Assembly: GCA_002256025.1 (NCBI GenBank)
Contig: NKIB01014599.1
Location: forward strand, 1 to 42,218
DNA from: Asterionella formosa
Lineage: Eukaryota
Reading direction: 5' to 3'
DNA length: 42,218 nt
Shown piece by piece: positions 10,022-22,470 of the stretch (its first letter is position 1; each line of letters opens with the position of its first letter). The position numbers and the translations under genes were made by a program. The notes under the pieces were generated by a model. The model made no database searches, had not been told where the DNA came from, and worked only from the letters and a program-made list of their open reading frames with translations.

Positions 10022-13000
10022 ATGGTGAGTTCATGGGCAAGCCTAGAAGGGGAGACACTGAGCGTTAAATAAGAGATCATATCACGCAGCAGTTTGGAAC
10101 GACCGTGATTCGACAACAGAGAGCGAACGGATCGGAAGCAAAATGGAAATTTGCGAAATCCTCCAGGTCCATAATCCAGCAACTAACTCTTGTCGAATTG
10201 CTCCCAAACTCCCAAACTCCGTTTCTTCGCACGCAAACACGCACGTGCTGTACAGCCGCTTCGATTGGATATCAAGAAGAAACTTTCTGCCTCGTCAGAA
10301 CGCGTCAAGTCCGTTGATATTCACCACAGCGAACCATGGGTACTTGCTGCCTTGTACAGCGGCATTGTCATGATTTGGGACTACGAGACCGGAAGTTGCG
10401 TCAAGTCCTTTGAACTCAGTGAATTGCCCGTCCGATGTGCCAAGTTTATCTCGCGCAAGCAGTGGTTCATCGCGGCGTCGGATGATATGCGCTTGCGAGT
10501 GTTCAACTACAACACCATGGAGAAAGTTAAGGAGTTTGAAGCGCATGGCGACTACATTCGATCCCTGGAGATTCACCCGACTTTGCCATATGTTTTGTCC
10601 TCCTCCGATGACATGACCATCAAGTTGTGGGACTGGGACAAGAATTTTGATTGCACGCAAATGTTTGAGGGTCACGCACACTACGTCATGCAGGTCAAGT
10701 TCAACCCGAAGGACACAAACACTTTCGCTAGTGCCAGTTTGGATAGATCCATCAAGGTATGGGGTCTTGGCTCACATACGCCGCATTATACTTTGGAGGG
10801 CCATGAACGTGGTGTCAACTGCGTGGACTATTACCCCTCTGGGGACAAGCCTTACATTTTGTCGGGGGCCGATGATCGCACCGTAAAGATTTGGGATTAT
10901 CAGGTAGGTTAGGGGTGGGCACATTCGTCGCTCATGTTACCAAGATCAGTTTTGTCTCACGTGTTGTACTTTGCTCTGTAGACCAAGTCCATTGTCCACT
11001 CTTTGGATGGGCACACCCATAATGTGTGCGCCGTCATGTTTCACCCAAAACTGCCCATTATTTGTTCCGCATCTGAGGACGGAACTGTACGCATCTGGCA
11101 AAGTACCACCTACAGAGCAGAGACTACTCTCAACTACGGGATGGAACGTGCATGGGCATTGGCCGCCAGCCCAAACACCAACAAACTTGCTATTGGTTTT
11201 GACGAGGGTTGCGTCTGTATCGAGCTCGGATCGGACGATCCTGTAGCTTCTATGGATGCCACAGGAAAGGTTGTTTGGGCCAGAAATAATGAGATCCAAA
11301 CCACATCAGTAAAGGGTGTCGCCTCTGGAACTAGTGAGGACGATGCACTTCCTGATGGTGAACGCCTTCCTATCGTTGCTCGTGATTTAGGGTCTTGTGA
11401 ACTCTACCCATCCAGTCTCAAGCATAACAGCAACGGGCGATTTGTAGCTGTCTGTGGTGATGGAGAATTCATTATCTATACATCGCAAGCTCTTCGTAAC
11501 AAGGCTTTCGGGCAAGCGCTTGACTTTGCATGGTCGGCCACTGCCACTGGAGACTATGCCATTCGAGAGTCAACGTCGCGGGTCAAAATCTTCAAGAACT
11601 TCAAAGAGAGCCTTGCCTTCCAGCCTGCTACAACGTCAGCCGAAGGACTTTTCGGTGGCGCTTGTGTTGGAGTCAAGGGGGCTGATGAAGCTGTCCTCTT
11701 TTATGACTGGGAAAGTGGTGTTTTCATTCGCAAGATCGATGTCGCTCCAAAGGAAGTTTTCTGGTCGGACGCGGGAAACTTGGTCTTATTGGCGTGCAAG
11801 GATTCGGCGTACGTTCTCACTTACAATGCCCAACGCGCTGCACAGGCAATTGCAGCAGGAAAGGTTTCTGCTGAAGATGGTATCGACGGAACCTTTGATC
11901 TTTTGTACGAGATCAATGACACAATTACTTCGGGAAAATGGGTTGGTGACTGTTTCATCTACGTGAACAGCGTTGGCCGTCTCAATTATAGCGTTGGGGG
12001 ACAGATCCAAACACTGGTGCACTTAGATACTTCAGCTGGTGGGACTACTCAGCACACCATTCTGGGATACCTGGCCAAGGAGGACCGCGTTTTTTTGGTT
12101 GACAAGAATCTTAACGTAACTGCTTATTGTGTTATGTTATCTGTCCTTCAATACCAGACTGCTGTCATGCGTGGAGACTTTGATGCTGCCAACGAGTTAT
12201 TGCCTCATATTCCAGAGTCAGAATATACAAAGGTTGCACGTTTCCTCGAGTCTCAAGGATTCAAGGAAGAAGCCCTCGCTGTCACTGCAGATCCAGACCA
12301 CAAATTCGACCTTGCCGTTGAGCTTGGCCACATCGATATTGCTCACACCATCATCCTCGAAACCCCCGATGAAGAAAAGGATAGCACAGAAACTATGGCT
12401 AAATGGAAAAAGCTCAGTGATTGCGCTTTGATGGACACCAATCTTGACCTTTGTGAAGCTGCCAGTATTGCGAGCAATGACTTTTCAGGTTTATTACTCT
12501 TATATTCCGCAACTGGAAATCTTGAAGGATTGGAAAACCTTGCAACACTTGCTACCGAAGGCGGAAAGACTAATGTTGCGTTTGTTGCTAACTTCCTCTC
12601 GGGAAATGTCGAAGCATGTGTTGATTTGCTCGTTGGTACCAAGCGCCTTCCCGAAGCCGCGTTTTTCGTTCGTACTTACTTGCCATCTCGCATCAACGAA
12701 ATTGTTACTCTTTGGAAAGAAGATCTTGCCACGGTTAGTGAATCAGCTGCGAAAGCACTCGCCAAGCCAGCAGAAAATCCTGCTTGTTTTCCTGACATCG
12801 CAATTGGGGTCAAAGTTGAGAAAATGTTCTTGGCTCAACGTGACCAAAGCAAAGTAACGGGTATTCCGGCATCAGACTACCTAACTGCAAAGGATGACCT
12901 GGAGTTGAATCTCATTTCGTTGATCAAGAGCAAATCGAAACCTCAAGCCCCTCCGGCAGAACCAGAGTGCAAGGTTGGCTATGTTGACGGCGGACAAGCA

Positions 13001-13201
13001 GCCGCGGCCGCAGCCCTGGCTGAAGCTGACCCTGAACATGTCGCAGCGTTGGCTGAAGCTGAACGTGCCGCAGCGTTGGCGGAAGCGGCCAAAATAAGGG
13101 AAGAGGAAGAACGCGCAGTAGTAGTAGCAGCAGCTGCTGCAGTCGCAGAATCAGAAGTGCCAAACGACGATAGCACGAACGACTTTGGCGAGGATTGGTA
13201 G
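10022..13201 (+). CDS. COPB2: Coatomer subunit beta' (WD40 repeats plus solenoid)
   Basis: Exons 10022-10024 (ATG only), 10256-10903 and 10982-13201, joined by GT-AG introns. Splicing gives the conserved start [11 protein letters not shown]...[11 protein letters not shown] repeats, [11 protein letters not shown] and the [14 protein letters not shown]...RNKAFG motif. Confidence 0.97.
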
Positions 13202-13957
13202 AAACTGAAATAGGAAATTGTGTGGGTACCTTGTACTCTGTCGGCGAGAAATCAAGTAAGGAAAGAAAATATAAATGGACGCGATAAACAAACTTCTATA
13301 CCTCGTCAGCCAAAGTGGTTTATTTCTGCGAATGTGACGAAGTTTTGAGGGCAATTACTTAGACTAGATGTGGTCATCCACATTTTTTTCAATGAGTGCA
13401 TTCATTTGGAAAAAATAGTTTAAACTGAACAGGTCAAGAAATGAGGTGGTGGCGCAATAAGATTGACACGAAAAGGTTGGATTCAAATTCTCTATACCCC
13501 AGTAGCCTTGTGTAGCCCTGGTATGTTGATGACTAACAGACTTGTCGTTTTTGTTATGTAGTGGTTGTTCTTGCTCTTTCGTAACTCTCCTGCAATCACT
13601 GCCGATTCCACCTGTGGTAGCCATTTTCTTTGAGACTGATATCACCTTTTTTCTGATGGCTAAGAGACCAATAGGTATTTTCCAAGCACTCATCACACCG
13701 GCTTTATGTTCAATTTGACATTGGTAGACTATTAACTATATTTATACCGGTATTTACAGGCATGCAAATTGTAATCAGTTAATGGTACACCAGTACTCCT
13801 TCTGTACCTATGATTTCAAGGCATACATGGTGTTGTATTGGAATCTAATCTTTGAGGGTCAGCCCTTACACTTACCTTGCACTCAGGCTGATGGTCAAAT
13901 GATTGCATCAAATTTCTTAGCAAATTGAATCCTTTTGACTTTGGATAATCCTTTCAT

Positions 13958-14800
13958 TTACATATCTCGAAACAACAACCCAAGCCCAATTAAGCCCAAC
14001 CCGACTGCTACAGTATTTTTTGCTGCAGTGATTGGGTTTATGTCATATGCAAGAGAGCAAAGGTGAAAGACAGTACACATTAAATATTGTCCAAGAATGA
14101 AGCACTGCTTCTTGGTAACTTGATTGTCTCGCAGGTTAACACCAAGGAACTTGTCTGCGGCCGCAACCGGTGAAATAAGCACTAACAATGACTTTGCAAC
14201 TGCCATAGTTACAAACGTCTTGGCAGATAGATCGTAATAATTTCCAATTTTAAAGAGGTTTGAAATAGTCACCCACGACATGATGATAGAATTCACTAGA
14301 AGGAACCTGGTATTAACATTGACCTTCTGAAATGCTTGAGTTCCCAATCCCCATAGTGATCCTAGCACCCGGGGCAGGAGTGACAATCCGATAACTTGAT
14401 TTGCTGGCAACTTTAGTATCAAACTGGTGTAAATGGTAACGGCTTCTCCAATTGATACGACACCTGTGATCTGACGAAAGAAACGGGGCCCGGGAAGTTT
14501 ATCGTCTGGAGCTGTTTCGAGTTTTTCCCACAATGAGGGAAAGAAGGCATTTAAAATTCCATTCGAAAAAGCCGCCATGATAGATACATTAGCGGCAAAT
14601 ACTCCGACATCATATGCTCCACCGCGAAACAAGTGCAATCGATGTCGCGTCGTCTCATCAGTACCTCGCAAGGGCATCCCACATTGTGGAACATCAAACG
14701 ACGTCAGTCGCGTCGCCAATCCGATCCCATGCTGTCCTGGGACGCTGAGCGCAAGGCTGGGGCACGCAATGAGGAGGGACAGACTCAGAATAGCTTTCAT
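13958..14800 (-). CDS. Hypothetical multi-pass membrane protein with signal peptide
   Basis: ORF of about 280 aa starting at ATG 14800 (MKAILSLSLLIACPSLALS). An LFRGG motif follows the leader, and several hydrophobic segments follow that. Confidence 0.7.
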   Translation of the reverse strand: MKAILSLSLLIACPSLALSVPGQHGIGLATRLTSFDVPQCGMPLRGTDETTRHRLHLFRGGAYDVGVFAANVSIMAAFSNGILNAFFPSLWEKLETAPDDKLPGPRFFRQITGVVSIGEAVTIYTSLILKLPANQVIGLSLLPRVLGSLWGLGTQAFQKVNVNTRFLLVNSIIMSWVTISNLFKIGNYYDLSAKTFVTMAVAKSLLVLISPVAAADKFLGVNLRDNQVTKKQCFILGQYLMCTVFHLCSLAYDINPITAAKNTVAVGLGLIGLGLLFRDM

Positions 14801-15860
14801 GATCACATATGACCAAGCAGCAATCAAATGATTGGAATTTGAATGTCAATTTCTTTACGAAATCGCTTCCAAAATCGTAGTGACGCACATTCCATGCATT
14901 GATAAAATACCGGTACACAATGCATTCTGTTCAGGTGTGCCGTGGTTTCATTCCTGCTTGTTTTTGATCTTATTAGTTATCAACACGACTACGGTAGGTG
15001 AGCGAAGGAAGATCGTACATTCAGATGTATTTACGTCATACGTACAACATGTGACAATAAATATAAAAAAAACATAGTATGCATATGAAGGGTTGTCACA
15101 TATGTATGAAAATGAGTTGCGATTGTAGAGAGTTGGAGTACAGTACACCAATCCCTGACTAATAAGCAATAACTATTGCTATTCTGAGCTAGCTACATTG
15201 TTGTTCTATCTTGAAAAGGCTGGGATGATAATTTCCATGAATGCATGTGTGTGCCTTCAATGAGCTTTTGGACAGGTTGAACTCAAGCTTCTTGGTTTCC
15301 TCCTCCCTCCAAGAACATGACAGCCTCACAACTTGCTTAATTCACATATCCATATGAATTGTGTAGGGCAACACCTTTATTTTCAAATTTAAGTCCCAGC
15401 TATCAAAGGGCATATCACCAAGGCAATCCTGTCATGTCCAGCAGAGCAACAATGGTGCAACATGATGTCCTCCATGGCTGAGTTGTGTCATGACCTGGCT
15501 AGTAGCTCCTCAATTGCCACCAATTTTCCCAAGGCCCCCAAATGGTCCTTCGAGTTTCAATAGAAGAAAGGCGGAGAATAGAAGAACCATCATGATGGTT
15601 TGGGCTCCTCAAATGGCTGGCCACCAATATCATCATTTTTCGACTGAATGGGCCTTGGACTAATGTTCTCCTTACATCCTGCTCCTCTACATCTGCAAAT
15701 AGAAAACATCTTATTCGTGTGATGCATCTTATAATGAAGATCATATGATCATATAATTTCAATATGTATCATCTAGTATATATAATAATTATTGTTATAG
15801 AGAATATTGTAAGAATAAATATATACATACATGTTTTTATGTAATGTTTACCATCACACT

Positions 15861-16032
15861 ACAACAATCAGCAATTGTTCAATCAATTGACATTCATTAC
15901 AAATTTTTAGTCAAATTCCAAAGCACATCAATTCACATGAGTCTCACAACAATCAGCAATTTTTCAATCAATTGACATTGTTCATTACAAGCTTTTAATC
16001 AAATTCCAAAGCACATCAATTCACATAAGTCT
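15861..16032. repeat. Tandem duplication of an approx. 85-bp AT-rich unit
   Basis: ACAACAATCAGCAATT...CAAATTCCAAAGCACATCAATTCACAT.AGTCT occurs at 15861-15945 and 15946-16032. Confidence 0.85.
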
Positions 16033-16608
16033 TTATCTCCTTTACAAGGTCTTCGATTGCCACTGGAACACATTGATGGCACTGGTATGATTGCAGCGCT
16101 GGATTGAATTGGCCAGAGTCAATGGCATGACATGATCATGGTAAGCCAACATGTACTGATGAGCTTGAATAGAAAATTTTCGTTCCTCTGATATGGACAG
16201 TCTTTTGCTAACCTCGATAGACTCCCACCACCTCCAAAATTGCATTTTCCTAAATCATTGAGAAAGCCTTCAATCTCACCAGTCTCCACATCCATAAGCA
16301 AAATAATTATTCACCCATACCTCGACTTTCGTTTCAGTTGGTGGATTGGCGAAAACATCCTCATCCAGTGCTGAAAGAACCTCACTTTGCAAGACCCTAC
16401 TGTCACCACCACTGTCATCCTCATCATTCACTTCTTCGCTTTCGTCTGAATAATCTTCCATCCCAGTGGTTTTCAAACCACCAGTTTTGGATGTGAACAA
16501 GTTTTGTCTCGGCATTGAGGAGTGTCATGAAGTTAATGCATACCAGTAGTTTTCTCCTTCCCATGTTGATATACCAGTATGTACAAATACACCACTGGTA
16601 CCCGTTTT

Positions 16609-16710
16609 ATAGATACCAATGTCACCTTGTTTGAACGAGAACGTGTTCTTGCGTACCAGGGTACCAGTACCATAGATACCAATATCACCTTGTTTGTACG
16701 AGAACGTGTT
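16609..16710. repeat. 39-bp direct repeat separated by a TACCAGGGTACC spacer
   Basis: ATAGATACCAATRTCACCTTGTTTGWACGAGAACGTGTT occurs at 16609-16647 and 16672-16710, with 2 mismatches. Confidence 0.85.
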
Positions 16711-17042
16711 AATACCGGGTAGTCTACACTTCATCAAATGGAAGGTCTGGTAGCGGAGACTGAAATCAGCCCAATAAGCCGGAACGTACTACCGGTACCT
16801 GAAATGTCAATATCTGCTTCACTATCAACTATTCTACGCATACATACAGCCATACTCAGATATGAGGAATCCCGTCATCATTGATTTGATCGAATGGACA
16901 TCTGAGGTGAACCTGACATTTCAAAATGAACTTACCTGCAATTGCTACAGGTAGAAGATTATTGGACTGGAGAGTGGGAAGCATTGCAAACTCATACGGC
17001 GACGAAAACTCAAAGGCGAAACGACATTGCAGTTGTGGCATC

Positions 17043-18182
17043 ATGAGAGTCCTCGGAATGAATGGCATAAAGCTATTTGTGCTTGTTGTTCTGTGCCTTC
17101 AGAATTCCGTTTTTACTCTCTTGAGGAGGTACAGTCTAGGCGTCTTGAAAGAGAAATACTCCAAGGTGAGAAATTCAATGATAGCGATGAGTTTCCAAGA
17201 TGTTTGATAACTGAAGGCCAACTTTTTTTGATGACCTTGCAACTATCCTGAATAATTCCAACTGCAGCATGAAGTCCTTGTTGTTGGTGAATTAATCAAG
17301 GTTGTGGTTTCGATTTACATGTTGTCAAAGTCTCTTCCCGAGGGTGTGACTTTGAGAAATCGTATTAAATATCTTATTAGAAGATCTAACAAGATGTTTG
17401 TTTTGGCTGCAATCTACGGCGCCATGAATGTTCTTTCATTTGTGTCACTGCGCAACATTGGTGCTGGTATATTTACCATTATTGCGCAATGCAAAATCTT
17501 GACCACGGCAACATTCTCTGCAATCCTCTTGGGGCGTAATTATTCCTGGGCACGTTGGCGGGCTTTGTTTGGGCTTAGTTTGGGTGTCTTGCTCTTCAGT
17601 CAACCTATTTGGAGTGACGTTGAAAAGAGGAAAGTCCAAGAAGGTGGAAGCGCATTCCTGGGCACATGTGCGGTCTTAATTGAGGTTACCCTAAGTGGAT
17701 TTGCTTCGATTTACTTTGAGAGAGTCATCAAGTCGGACACAGAGCAGCTTGGAATTTGGGAACGTAACTTTCAACTCGCGCTGGCAAGCTGTCCAGTCTA
17801 CTTTCTCTTTATAGCATACGAGGGTGGTGGAGAGGCGGGATTTTGGGGGGGATGGTCAGCAGTATCCTGGAGTCTTGCAATCTTGGGTGCAGCAGGAGGA
17901 CTTTTGGTTGCTCTTTCTATCAAATACGGGGATGCAATTCTCAAAACGCTTGCCACTACCGGAGCTATCGTTCTTTCGTCATTTTTCGATCATTGGTTTT
18001 TGGGTGGTCCATTGAACGCAATCATGATGATTGCTGGAGTAAATGTTGTGATTTCTATTTGTAATTATACATTTGACACAACCCCTGTGGTGGAGGTCAA
18101 TGCAAGATCGAGTGGTAAATCTGGAGAAAAGTTTGATCTAGAGAAATCTGACCAAGAGTCAAACCCTTTGATTACGAAGTAA
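17043..18182 (+). CDS. Nucleotide-sugar transporter (SLC35A, UDP-galactose/CMP-sialic acid family)
   Basis: Exons 17043-17165 and 17268-18182 (GTGAG...CTGCAG intron, phase 0). Motifs LCLQNS...RRYS, GELIK, QCKILTTATFS, SGFASIYFE, WERNFQL and GGLLVA...KYGDAILK. An in-frame ATG at 16926 is an alternative start. Confidence 0.93.
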
Positions 18183-18535
18183 GGTTCGAACTACAGTATG
18201 ATTTAAGGTTACAAGTACAAATTTTAAAGCTTTTGTGTTGATGAATATTTTCGCGTCGATTCCACGGAAGAATTAAAATAGGCAGAGTTGAGCTAATGAA
18301 ACAAATATCAAATATTCATTTCAATTTCTTAACATTCGAATCCTCCACATACAAAATTACAGATAATTTGGATGGCACAGTGCCTGCGTTACTTCAAGTT
18401 ATTATGTATTCGTGTTTTCTAGGGTTTTATGCATGTTCTTGTGGGTCAACTGGAATTATGAGTAACGCGGACCTTCGAAAGCAATAAGGCTGCGGTATAA
18501 ATACTGGGAAAAGTGCTCTAAGTAATTGGTGGATT

Positions 18536-19637
18536 TTAAGCTTCGCCTGATCGATGACGTTTGCCACTGGCATGGGTAGCTGCGGTCTGCAAGGAGTCTT
18601 CCGTGCTGCGACGCTTACCACGGACGACAGCAGCAGGTTTACTAACTTCTGTAGCGCCCGTTTCTACGCCTGCCATCTTGGCCTTAACAACTTCCGTCAC
18701 CGAATCAGCACGGGCTCGGCCCTTCATCTCGCTCTGAATGTTGCTCTCTTGTTCAATCCCAGAAATGGCTCGCTTGCGAGACACTTTAGTAGTTACAGCA
18801 ACCTTTCCTTTCGAAGCGTCTACCTTGGGTTTTGCAGGCTTCTTCGCAACTGAGCCCTTTCTAGGACAGAGCGACAAATTTCTTTGTTTCTCCGTCGTAG
18901 CGCTCAAAGGAGCGACCGGTGTCAATCTGTTCATCAGAGTTGGTGTTGTTGGTCGCTGAATTTCATTGATCTCCCCAACTTGATCGTCAAATTTTTCTCC
19001 AGAAAAAGCAAGTAAATTTGCTAAACTGAGTTTCGCCGTGAGGTCATCAATCGCTTCCACAGCCGAGATTCCTCGCTCCTTCATCGCGCTCTTCAATGCT
19101 TTTGATACAATCAACGCTTGAGCAGCCCCATCAAGTCCAATGCATTGCAGCTTCATGATGTGAAACACCTACGTAAACATAGAAGGTATGTGAGCAAACT
19201 GGAAGCCAATGCACATTACCTCCCCTTAAACGAATAACTTCTATTCTCTCCCATTCAAAACAGCCCTCGAGCAAACGACCATTCAAAATTCAGACTATCG
19301 CAGCAGAAGGTTGATGAAAAACACAAAGCTCGTTCCAGATTGGATTTCATCGTTTGATCATACTTCAAAGGAAATGGAAGAGCCTACACTCTCTGACTGT
19401 TGCAACCAAAAAGAATTAAAACAGACGTACCTCGTCGTCAGTTGGTTCAATCTCTCCTCTCGCCAGTTCTCGTAAAAGTGTTGTTGTCGCTCTGTCACGG
19501 CTATATCCAAATCGCTGCATTAGTGTGTCAACACCTTCCTTGACAGCAGTCATGAAGGATGCCTTGGCACCTACCAAGCTTTGGGTCCTGCGACGACCCA
19601 CGACTGTACGTGTGCTTGTGGCCGATAGCGCAGTCAT
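18536..19637 (-). CDS. Hypothetical two-exon protein (about 279 aa) with a basic C-terminal half
   Basis: Exon 19637-19431 ends at a GTACGT donor and exon 19168-18536 follows a TAG acceptor. The phase-0 join links two ORFs in frame. Confidence 0.75.
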
Positions 19638-20339
19638 AGTGTTTCTGTTTTGATCAAGGAAAATAGAAACTCAGAAGATCAGATAGATGTCGCCTCTAGA
19701 AGATTAAGGCAAAGTATAGCGCCCTGAACTAAACGATGACGGCTTCAATCAAGGAGACAGGGGTCGTTGCAACGAACCAGAATTCTATCGAGCAGCCAAG
19801 TAATCAATATATATATATAAATAATAACACTGGCTGCGGCTAATAGCAACGTCCACTTTTTTACGTGACAACTTACGAACAAGTTCTTTTGTGTGCAGAC
19901 GCTACGTTTGATAAATAGACTGGAAGGGATTCCTTTGTGTGTACAGTACAGTACCTGGTACCAGGTACATACTCCCTCACTATCATAGAGTACCTAGTGG
20001 TACCCTGGTACCGATACCTCGTGCACTCAGACCTAGTGCTGTGTGCAGTTGGAAAACCACATTACCAGTATTAACTTAAGAATATTGGTGAATACAGGTA
20101 CAGGTACATGAATGTCAAGGCCATCACAATGTAACAGTCGTATTTACTATCCCTACTTACTATGCTCACTAATGAAGCAGCATATTTTTACTGTAAAAAC
20201 TGCAGATTTGGAAGCGTGGGCTGCTGGTGATCACGAAGAAAGAAACAAGAAGCAGCAAGGTGTTTTGCGTCTTAAGTACTGTCTTGTGTTCTTGCATTTC
20301 AGTTCATTTTTCATATGTCACGATTTGAGATTTGGACAA

Positions 20340-22075
20340 TAGTAAATTGCTATGTTAATTAGTAAATCCATGAAAATTTTCTATTTTTAGCTTTATAAAC
20401 CCCCCATTGTTCTTGTACATATTCTGGTGCATGGTAATCTTGCAGAAAAAAGATTGAAACAATTGAGCAAGTGGTCCATCACCAATGCATTTTTCTTCCC
20501 CTTTGTCGTTCTTCATCTCGTCCTCACTCATGATGGTTGCTCCTCTGTCTATTTTACTGTTTCTTGTATACTGCATCTAAGGGGCGATCTTAGCAGAGAT
20601 GCAAAAATTAAAAATATGTTGCTCAACTCAATTTTTTGTGTTTCACACATCCGGGTGGTAAGTTGCTTCCAGCAACCCATTTTTGTTGCTCCGAAATGGC
20701 TGTGTATCTGCGTGTGTCACTACTTATGCAGCGTTAAGCAACTCTATTGGCAACCACTTTTCGCCTGGAGAATGATACCATAAACCTTTCAAGTTCTTGT
20801 TCTTATTTAGTGCTTAATGACCAATGCACTTTTAGGATGATCCAGCAGATTCGATTTTTCTCTTTTATTTTCTTAATCTTCTGTAACTGTACTGCCAAAC
20901 TGGAGGCCTGTATGTTTTCCCAGATCATGCGAATTAGCATCATGAGGGTTAGCGTCTCATTTTGTTGACCAGTGTACATGTGCTGAAGTGCTCCATGCAT
21001 TGACAGAAACAATCTTCCAGGCAGGGCTTGTTAACCAAAGGTATCAGCAGGCCGTGGAATTGTGATATGCGGGCTGTGTTGGTACCATACTTGTTGTTTT
21101 CTTTTGCTTGTTTTCTAACTGTTTCGAAAATTAATAATGGCAGCATGAGGAATACTACCGAGCACTTCCTTTTCTCTCAATTTTATACAGGTAAGTGTAT
21201 TCCTCTTGAATTGTGATCTTCCTCCTCTTTTTTCTTTTTACTATTCTCGCAACCTCATAAATTCTGCTGCCGAATGAACAAAACATTCTTTAGTTTTTCT
21301 GAAATGATGGAGCTGGCTACAATGTTTGTTTCCTTTGGACGACCACCATAGGGCAAGTTGTGGTGGCAGCAATGGTGGTGCTGCTTTCGATTGATAAAGG
21401 TCATGGTGATGGCAGGAGAATGACTAGAGCTTGTCGATGTAATCTTAGTAGTAGTAGAGAATCATGATTATTGCTGCTATAGTAGATGGAAATTTTCATA
21501 CCTTCTATTGTCAAAGCAGACATTTTGCTCTGCAATTCTTCGTGTACAGCAACCCTGGCATGTTCGTTTGAACTTGTGGTACCACCAGATAGCCTCATTT
21601 TCTTCAGAAAGCATTTCACTTTTATTGTAGTCACCTAAGGGACAAGGTTATGTACATCGTGCACTGCATGGGAAATTGCGCCATTTGGTAGTTTTCCATT
21701 AGTGTTTGCTTTCAACGCTCCTTCCATAGTTTTAGTAGAGATGGTCAATGTGCAATATTGAATCATTTTGGTTTTGATCTGCTAATAGATTGAGCCGCCT
21801 TGCCCAAAGGAAGAGTAGATTTCTTCTTCAGCATCATTTGGGTGCATATTGTGACAAGCCTGTTGTCATTTGCTTTTTGTTCACCATTTTTCCCTTCTTT
21901 TTGACGTTTCTGCGCTTTGACGAATTAATTAGCATAAAACCTACCTCACTACCGGTAAGTGGTGTACAGTCGATTTCGGAGGTTCAAATTGATGATATTC
22001 TCCATATATTGAGACTATTTTAAGCGCCTTTCCGGCGTGCTCATGTAATTTTTTCAGCAAAATGACCGCTACTTA
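20340..22075 (-). mobile_element. Degenerate transposon-like remnant with one TIR-like end
   Basis: Stop-riddled coding-like fragments on the minus strand. The segment ends in AGCAAAATGACCGCTACTTA + CTG (22056-22078), which matches the TIR and target of the approx. 100-bp MITE family. The left boundary is not defined. Confidence 0.4.
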
Positions 22076-22470
22076 CTGGTACCTAGTAAGTAGGGTACCT
22101 GGTACCACGTACCGTGTAGTCTATACTCTTGGAGTACCGGGTAGATAAACATACCGGTATGTATTGTGCAGACTACCTGGTACCTGGTGCGTACCTGTAG
22201 ACGAACGCGAGTTGCTTTTCCTCAAGGAAAGAATCCTTGTTTGCTTGCTTACTGGAAGTGACTACCGGTAATATGATGATGGTACCTGGTACCTGATGGC
22301 CTGGAATATAAAATAAGCCTTTCGAAATTTATTTTTCTGTCCTCAGTAATTGCTACCAGCAAAATCATTGCTTGGAGACCTCTTTTTGACCAGAACAATC
22401 GTGCTTCACCGTACAAGTCAATACCCCATTTGAATTAACTGCTAGAAGTGCGAAAGTTACAGTCATAGCC

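Noticed and set aside
16609..16710. CRISPR-like repeat-spacer unit
   Set aside because: There are only two repeats, the context is eukaryotic, and there are no cas genes.
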